From: a bacterium | Lineage (GTDB): Bacteria > SAR324 > NAC60-12 | Length of the DNA stretch: 64,000 bases | Assembly: GCA_965233585.1 (NCBI GenBank) | Contig: CBDDTI010000745.1 | Location: 64,001-128,000, forward strand | Reading direction: 5' to 3' | Shown: positions 58,417-64,000 of the stretch, one piece after another | Layout of the letters: every line of letters begins with the position of its first letter | Position numbering within the stretch: position 1 is the first letter of the stretch | The notes under the pieces: generated by a model | The model's database searches: none | Seen by the model: only the letters and a program-made list of their open reading frames with translations | Told to the model about the DNA's origin: nothing | Made by a program: the position numbers and the translations under genes

Positions 58417-58960
58417 GACCTAGCTCCCTATCAAGTTCTGCAAGTTGTTCAGGAGTCATGGCATGGTATTCATCAATGGCTTGTTGGCTTGTTTTCTTAG
58501 CTTCTTCAAGAATGGGTTGAAGATGTTTGATGTAGTATTTGGCAATGTGGTCAATTTCAATGACACCGTGTTTTTTTCTATTCCATGTACTTGTCCACGG
58601 AGTGTTTTGCTTATGAGTAAAGTCTGAAAGAGTAAAGCCATGAAATATACCATACTTACTATACACAAGGTCTATGATATTTTGATGATCTATGTCGCCA
58701 ATAGAATCGTAAGATTGAAGTGGCAGAGTCACAGGCTGGCTGCCATAATGCCCCAGTTCTTCGTAAAGACTTGGAATGACGGGACCGTGCCTCCACGCTT
58801 GGGTGTCATCAAAGTAAATCGGGCTATTGAGCAATGCAAGAGAAAACCCTTGAGCAATATAAACTAGCTTTTGCAACTGCATGTTGGTCAACTGCCTGCC
58901 TTCTTTCCATGCGAGGTCAAGAAACGCATTAGCCACAGCATGTGCAGATACAGGCGTCAT
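58409..58960 (-). CDS. Panacea (DUF4065/SocA/GepA-like) antitoxin-domain protein
   Basis: VANAFL, LTNMQLQKLVYIAQG, QAWRHGPVIPSLY, LSDFTHKQNTPW. Confidence 0.9.
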   Translation of the reverse strand: MTPVSAHAVANAFLDLAWKEGRQLTNMQLQKLVYIAQGFSLALLNSPIYFDDTQAWRHGPVIPSLYEELGHYGSQPVTLPLQSYDSIGDIDHQNIIDLVYSKYGIFHGFTLSDFTHKQNTPWTSTWNRKKHGVIEIDHIAKYYIKHLQPILEEAKKTSQQAIDEYHAMTPEQLAELDRELGLV

Positions 58961-59332
58961 ACACTCTTCCGATATTGGTCAAACAGTGAATTGAATTTTT
59001 TCATAAGACGGATTATATCGCTTTTTGATATGTTGGACAACCATTGTCAAACCTAAAGTTCTAAGAACGCCATTGATTCAAATTTAAAAGTACTGCAAAA
59101 GACTTTAGGCATTAAATTTGAAATGCAGACATAAAAAAGACTTGCCAAGCGGGGTTGCTAGAGTCTTCAATAAAAACAGACTGGTTGTAAAAAACTCTGA
59201 TATGCCATCATTTTTTGAAGAAGGCAAACAACCATCAAAATTTTCAACTTCACGCAATGTCATTCGCATTGAGAATTGTGCTGTTTGGTCAAATGAGACA
59301 CAAACGAATTTTTAAAATTATTATGAGGTCTA

Positions 59333-59992
59333 GTGCAAACATTATCATTTAATGAATACTTGAAATTAACAAATACTCTGTCAGCATTGGTCTTAAATGA
59401 GACAAGAGTCAATACTGTTTTTGTAACCTTCCCCAGAGGTGGGGCTGTGTTGTTAAAGTCTGTGGAGCAAACTTTGATGATGAAAGATATTGTCTTTGTG
59501 GATTTGAGAAAACAAGTGGACTACAAAAAGTTGAATGATTCATTGTGTCCTTACGAAGCAATCTTCATTGTAGATGACATTCTTGACACTGGCAAAACAA
59601 TCGCAAACTTTTTAGAGGGCATTGAAAGTCCGATTAGGAATAGAATGAAGATGTTCACTCTGCACAAAAATATCCATGCACCTGATTTAGATTTCCCTCA
59701 TTTTTATTTAGAAAAGTCTGCTGAATGGATTGCTTACCCTTATGAACTAGGTGAAGAAAGTCGTCATCAGCTTTATGAATACTCTAAACAAGACTCCAAT
59801 CCCCTAGAAAATCTGTCTTCTTGGGAATTGGTAGAAGAATTTAGACGTGTTGCACCTGAAGATGTCCCCGATTCTTTTGTCATTCAATGGCATTCTAGTT
59901 TTCAAGAGTTTGTCAGAGATGTTGCATTTTCACATTATTTCAACACAAATTACGCGATGACTTCTTCCCAAAAACAATGTGTTTTTATTTAA
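59333..59992 (+). CDS. Type I phosphoribosyltransferase with a C-terminal extension
   Basis: PRGG, PRPP-binding IFIVDDILDTGKT, WIAYPYE. Confidence 0.8.
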   Translation: MQTLSFNEYLKLTNTLSALVLNETRVNTVFVTFPRGGAVLLKSVEQTLMMKDIVFVDLRKQVDYKKLNDSLCPYEAIFIVDDILDTGKTIANFLEGIESPIRNRMKMFTLHKNIHAPDLDFPHFYLEKSAEWIAYPYELGEESRHQLYEYSKQDSNPLENLSSWELVEEFRRVAPEDVPDSFVIQWHSSFQEFVRDVAFSHYFNTNYAMTSSQKQCVFI

Positions 59993-60041
59993 AAACCAAA
60001 AACTTTTGATATTCTGAAAAAGAGTTGCTACGAGAAAGTTG

Positions 60042-60252
60042 AGATAGCGGGTCAAGGTGAGCGATGACGGTTTTCAAGATGAGCAGAACCCTCCCGTCAC
60101 TTGAGTGCTTGACACGGAATCCATCGTCAACATAGCATGGATTCCTAAATTGACTGGATTCGGGGCTTTGGCAGGAATGACAATCCTGTCATTCCGTGCT
60201 TGACACGGAATCTCAAACGTCCTCCGTCATTCCGCACTTGATACGGAATCTC
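60042..60252. repeat. Cluster 4 of CGTC-tagged palindromic elements
   Basis: gtcattccgtgcttgacacggaatct, cgtcattccgcacttgatacggaatct, and a tgcttgacacggaatccatcgtcaacatagca module shared with clusters 2 and 3. Confidence 0.88.
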
Positions 60253-60463
60253 AAAAACAAGAGTGAGGACAGAATGCCATGCCACGATTGAATGAAATGA
60301 AATGAAATGATTGGTTGGTTTTCTTGGAAGAGCTAACTTGTGCAAGGTCAATTCTGAAAGACAGCACCCCACACAAGCCAGAGAAAGGTAAGAGTTGACT
60401 TAAGCGCAAGGAGCAATTTCACAGAGAGATTGCCCCCACACGCACAAGCCAGAGAGAGTCAGC

Positions 60464-63400
60464 TTAGTTCTGCTCTGTGTAAAACCACTCTATTCCGTGA
60501 TTTGAAAAATAGTTGCCAGAGGCACTATTAGCCAAGAAATAAAGTTTGTTGCCAACAACAGTGGGGTGAGTGATGTAGTCATTGGTTTGTTTGGTAAACC
60601 CATAACGTTTGAGGTCAGTTTCTTTAAAAACTTCCTTCGCACCCTCTTTCTTCACAAACACCTCAAACTTGGTAATGACAAACAAGTGTTCTTTATCATC
60701 ACTATTTTTGACCACTGCCAAGTTGACACCACTATCAGCACCATAATCTACAACCGTTGCCTTGCCTTCATTACCATTGGTCATGTCAACAGAATACAAC
60801 TTGCCTGCAATCAGCACATAGTATGAACTACCCACTTTGGCGGCTTTGAATGCTGCATCAGCTTTCACAGCAGTACCACCATCATCCTTGACTTGTGTGG
60901 CTGTTGTGCCTTTGGTCACAAAGAGTTTTGTGGTTGTATGTTGTACGACAAACAACGCATCACCAGCAAGAACTGGCTTTGCAGTGGTAACGTCTGGTTT
61001 GAGAGTTGCGCTGTTGCCTTTGATTTCTGTTGCTCCATTTAGTGTTGTGCTTGTAGCATCAGCTAATTTAGCAGCACCAACAGCAATGATTTTATTACCT
61101 AGCACATGTAAACCTGATACATCACCAACCTTGTCACCAGCATTATCATCATCATCTGCAACAATGACTGGATCTAAATTACTACCAGTTCCCAGATAAA
61201 CAGCATTGTCATTGTTGTCAATACCATACAATTTACCACCAACAACGGTTAGACCACCAGCACCAGCCTTTAATGTATGAGAAGTAGTACCATCAACTTT
61301 AAAAATTTCAGAAATCACCACAGGGTCAGCTGTGACATCAGCAATTTTGTATAACTTGCCAGCGTAAAAATAGACCTTGTTACCATCTGCCGCGATAGAC
61401 GTAACAGTGTGCTTGCCAAGAACTTTGGTGTTTGCTTTTGTTCCGTCACTTTCCCAGAGATACGAACCGCTGCCAAAATACAACTTGCCTCCAACATGCA
61501 CTGCTTGCCCATCGACGATTGTGACGTGTTGTGGATTGAGTAAGCGATGTTTGGTCTCACCACTTGAAAAGGCAATACCAGGGTTGTCTTTATAGGTTGG
61601 ACTTACAGCACCTTTGACTACAAAAAGATGTAGCTTGTCTCCTGTAGCTTTGCCTGCATTGTCATAAGTACTGACAACTTGTTTTTTTATTTGTTCCTTA
61701 TTACCTAATAAACCTCTGCCTTTGAAATTTATGCCATCACTGAGGATTGTTTCATTTCCTTCTTTGTCAATAAAGGCAAGATCGCTGGCATCAGATTTGG
61801 CATCAATTACAAAGATTCCCGTCTTTGCTTCCACAAGGGTGACATCTGTTTTTGCAGCAATGGTGATTGATGAAACTCCTTTTAGTTTGACTGCAGCAGA
61901 ATCTGATGCTGTTGCTTGTGCTGCTGCTGCCATTGCAACGTTTGCCAAAAGGTCTTTACCAGCAGTTGTTTTGGTCTTTGGAGCTGTTCCTCCACCATTG
62001 AGAAACAAAACATCACCAACTGCCACTGCTTGAGGGGCTGTATCATCAAAGTTTAAAGTTGATTCGCCTAGATCTTCAACATCGCCATTTTCTTTAACAA
62101 AGTACAGGTCGCTTTTGCTGACACCAGCTGTAAAACCAATGACAAAGATTCCTGTCTCTCCTTTCTCAAAGGAGACTTTGTCTTTTGTTACTGCCATAGC
62201 AACGGTATTGAGTTTAACTAGATCCATTGCCGTTGTTTTTTTGACTATGGCGACTTCTTTTTGACCATTGCCACCAGTATCAGTGACCAATTTACCTGAG
62301 TTTCCACCACCAGTAAGAAGCAACGTATCACCAATAACAGCAGTAGTTGGGGCTGTGCCATCAAAGTTCGTATTTGAGTGTTTGACGCTTGTAGCATTAT
62401 TGCCTGTTGTGGGAGCAAAAAACAACTTGCTCTTAGCTTTTAAAGCTGTGTGATCAATCACAAAGATTCCTGTCTTTGCTTTGACAAAAGAGACATTTGC
62501 TGGTGTGGTAATAGACGAACTTCCAACTAATCCTAGTTTGGTTGGTTGAACTTGTGGTGCAGCTTGTCCTGGTTTGAGCACCGATACTACTTTGGCTCTT
62601 CCGACCTGCTTTTCAAGGTCAACTTTGTTACCTGCACCATCATCGGAGATTGTTGCATTTGAACCACCACCACTGAGAAACAAAGTATCATCAACTACTA
62701 CTGCTTGGGGGGCTGTATCTTTGAAGTCCATACCTGTTTCTGCTAGGTTTTGAACATCGCCTGTTGTGGGAACAAAGGCGAGAACGCTTTTAGCACCTCC
62801 AGCTGTTGCAGTTGCATCAATCACAAAGACGCCTGTCTTTCCTTTCACAAAGGAGGTTTTAGCACCTACCACGTTGAATGCAACTTTGGCTGGTAAAGTA
62901 ACAGCATCTATTTTTCCTCCTGCTGTGACTCTTGCGACATGTGTAATAAGAGACGTTGCGCCTTTGATAATTGCAGATGCATTATCTTCATGGAGAAACA
63001 AAGTATCGCCAATGACTTCTATGTTTTTAGGATTTGCGCCTTTGAACTCCAACTTGTCATCTGCTGCTAGGTTTTCAACAGTGCCATCGTTTTTAACAAA
63101 GAAAAGTTTGCTACCGCTATCAGTATTGTCAATGACAAAGACGCCTGTTGCTGCTGGCTCAATTTTGTCTATGGTTGCAGTTAAATCTACTTTGACAGCC
63201 ATATCGTCAGCATTGACGAAATAGAGGTCATTACTCACATTGAAGAACACAGTTGGAGGTGTGCCTGCTGTTGTTTTGTAATAGTTAGTTACTACACCCA
63301 AAGCGCTCCAGTTTTCCAACTCACTAGCTTTGCCATCATTCAACACTCCGATATTGGTAAAGGTACCGTTAGCATTTTTATCAAGGTCAAAAATGACACG

Positions 63401-64000
63401 GTCATAGCCTGCAACCTCTCCAGCTTTGGCTTTCTGAATCACATTGACATCACCAACTTTAATACTGGCAGTTGTCGCTCCTAAATTGTCAGTAAATTTA
63501 GCTTGATAGGCAAGTTGAGCAGGGGCGTTGTTGCCAGCTTGTCCAGCCTGTCCATTAGAACCATCAGCACCGTTACAGACGTAAGTGGTTTTGAGGACGG
63601 TGTCTTTGGCATCAAACTTTGTTTTGTCATCTTTTCCAGTTTCAGTGTAGAAGTTGACTTGGACGCCTCCGACAGTTTTGCAGTAGGCGGCTGATGTGCC
63701 TGCATTAGTGACGGCTGGTTTGACTTTCGTGTTGTCTTTGACTAGCAGTTTGACTTGTGCGGAAGTGGGAGTTCCTGAAAAGCTGACAGTGTGGACTTTG
63801 GTGTAGTCGCCTTTTGCACCAGCAGCGCCTGCAGCACCTTTTGCCCCATCGCAGACGTATTCGGTTTTTGCGACCTCATCGCCTTCCAGCTTGCCATCAG
63901 CATTTTTGTCTATGCCCATTTTGATTTCCACCCCTGCACGCCCTTGACACTCTTTCATAGACATAGACTCTGCGTCACTGCTGGCGTCAAAGGCAGTTTT
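60464..64000 (-). CDS. Large surface/adhesin-like protein (5'-partial) with Cys-flanked/collagen-like N-terminal repeats and beta-rich repeats
   Basis: Frame stays open to 64000. C...GV.I..G.D.N.DG.L...EV...YVCDG and G-X-Y stretches; about five TG(I/V)FVI...DTLFL repeats; LWESDGT motif. Confidence 0.8.
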   Translation of the reverse strand, partial: KTAFDASSDAESMSMKECQGRAGVEIKMGIDKNADGKLEGDEVAKTEYVCDGAKGAAGAAGAKGDYTKVHTVSFSGTPTSAQVKLLVKDNTKVKPAVTNAGTSAAYCKTVGGVQVNFYTETGKDDKTKFDAKDTVLKTTYVCNGADGSNGQAGQAGNNAPAQLAYQAKFTDNLGATTASIKVGDVNVIQKAKAGEVAGYDRVIFDLDKNANGTFTNIGVLNDGKASELENWSALGVVTNYYKTTAGTPPTVFFNVSNDLYFVNADDMAVKVDLTATIDKIEPAATGVFVIDNTDSGSKLFFVKNDGTVENLAADDKLEFKGANPKNIEVIGDTLFLHEDNASAIIKGATSLITHVARVTAGGKIDAVTLPAKVAFNVVGAKTSFVKGKTGVFVIDATATAGGAKSVLAFVPTTGDVQNLAETGMDFKDTAPQAVVVDDTLFLSGGGSNATISDDGAGNKVDLEKQVGRAKVVSVLKPGQAAPQVQPTKLGLVGSSSITTPANVSFVKAKTGIFVIDHTALKAKSKLFFAPTTGNNATSVKHSNTNFDGTAPTTAVIGDTLLLTGGGNSGKLVTDTGGNGQKEVAIVKKTTAMDLVKLNTVAMAVTKDKVSFEKGETGIFVIGFTAGVSKSDLYFVKENGDVEDLGESTLNFDDTAPQAVAVGDVLFLNGGGTAPKTKTTAGKDLLANVAMAAAAQATASDSAAVKLKGVSSITIAAKTDVTLVEAKTGIFVIDAKSDASDLAFIDKEGNETILSDGINFKGRGLLGNKEQIKKQVVSTYDNAGKATGDKLHLFVVKGAVSPTYKDNPGIAFSSGETKHRLLNPQHVTIVDGQAVHVGGKLYFGSGSYLWESDGTKANTKVLGKHTVTSIAADGNKVYFYAGKLYKIADVTADPVVISEIFKVDGTTSHTLKAGAGGLTVVGGKLYGIDNNDNAVYLGTGSNLDPVIVADDDDNAGDKVGDVSGLHVLGNKIIAVGAAKLADATSTTLNGATEIKGNSATLKPDVTTAKPVLAGDALFVVQHTTTKLFVTKGTTATQVKDDGGTAVKADAAFKAAKVGSSYYVLIAGKLYSVDMTNGNEGKATVVDYGADSGVNLAVVKNSDDKEHLFVITKFEVFVKKEGAKEVFKETDLKRYGFTKQTNDYITHPTVVGNKLYFLANSASGNYFSNHGIEWFYTEQN

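Noticed and set aside
60290..60460. (AATGA)n microsatellite and short cacaagccagaga direct repeat
   Set aside because: Short intergenic low-complexity or terminator-region sequence with no supportable function.

Overview
AT-rich chromosomal window from a flagellated Gram-negative bacterium. The gene content looks deltaproteobacterial, but taxonomy cannot be fixed from this window. The backbone is housekeeping genes (long RelA/SpoT homolog, rlmH, rsmG, rpmH-rnpA-yidC, mtaB, hisE, ispD, murA, recA) interleaved with scattered secretion and flagellar genes (atypical fliN/fliM, sigma28-driven flagellin, two secretins, gspK, a lone prepilin-peptidase N-domain). The main accessory feature is a type V-A (Cas12a-type) CRISPR array of 47 repeats and 46 spacers at 23795-26716. 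It keeps cas2 but only the 3' half of cas1; cas12a and cas4 are absent and the break lies inside a palindromic REP-like element. About 540 bp past the array, the last 36 bp of a D-lactate dehydrogenase gene are duplicated around a 27-bp insert. That matches the repeat/spacer geometry of the array and may be a scar of off-target Cas1-Cas2 integration. Other notable items: four mosaic clusters of CGTC-tagged palindromes with covarying stems, a tandem pair of CPBP/CAAX-type proteases, a Panacea antitoxin overlapping an unrecognised ORF (candidate new toxin), an apparently synthetase-dead long RSH, an orphan SctC-like secretin, and large repeat-rich surface proteins at both edges. No rRNA or tRNA genes were seen. 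All product calls come from motif recognition by eye, not database searches.
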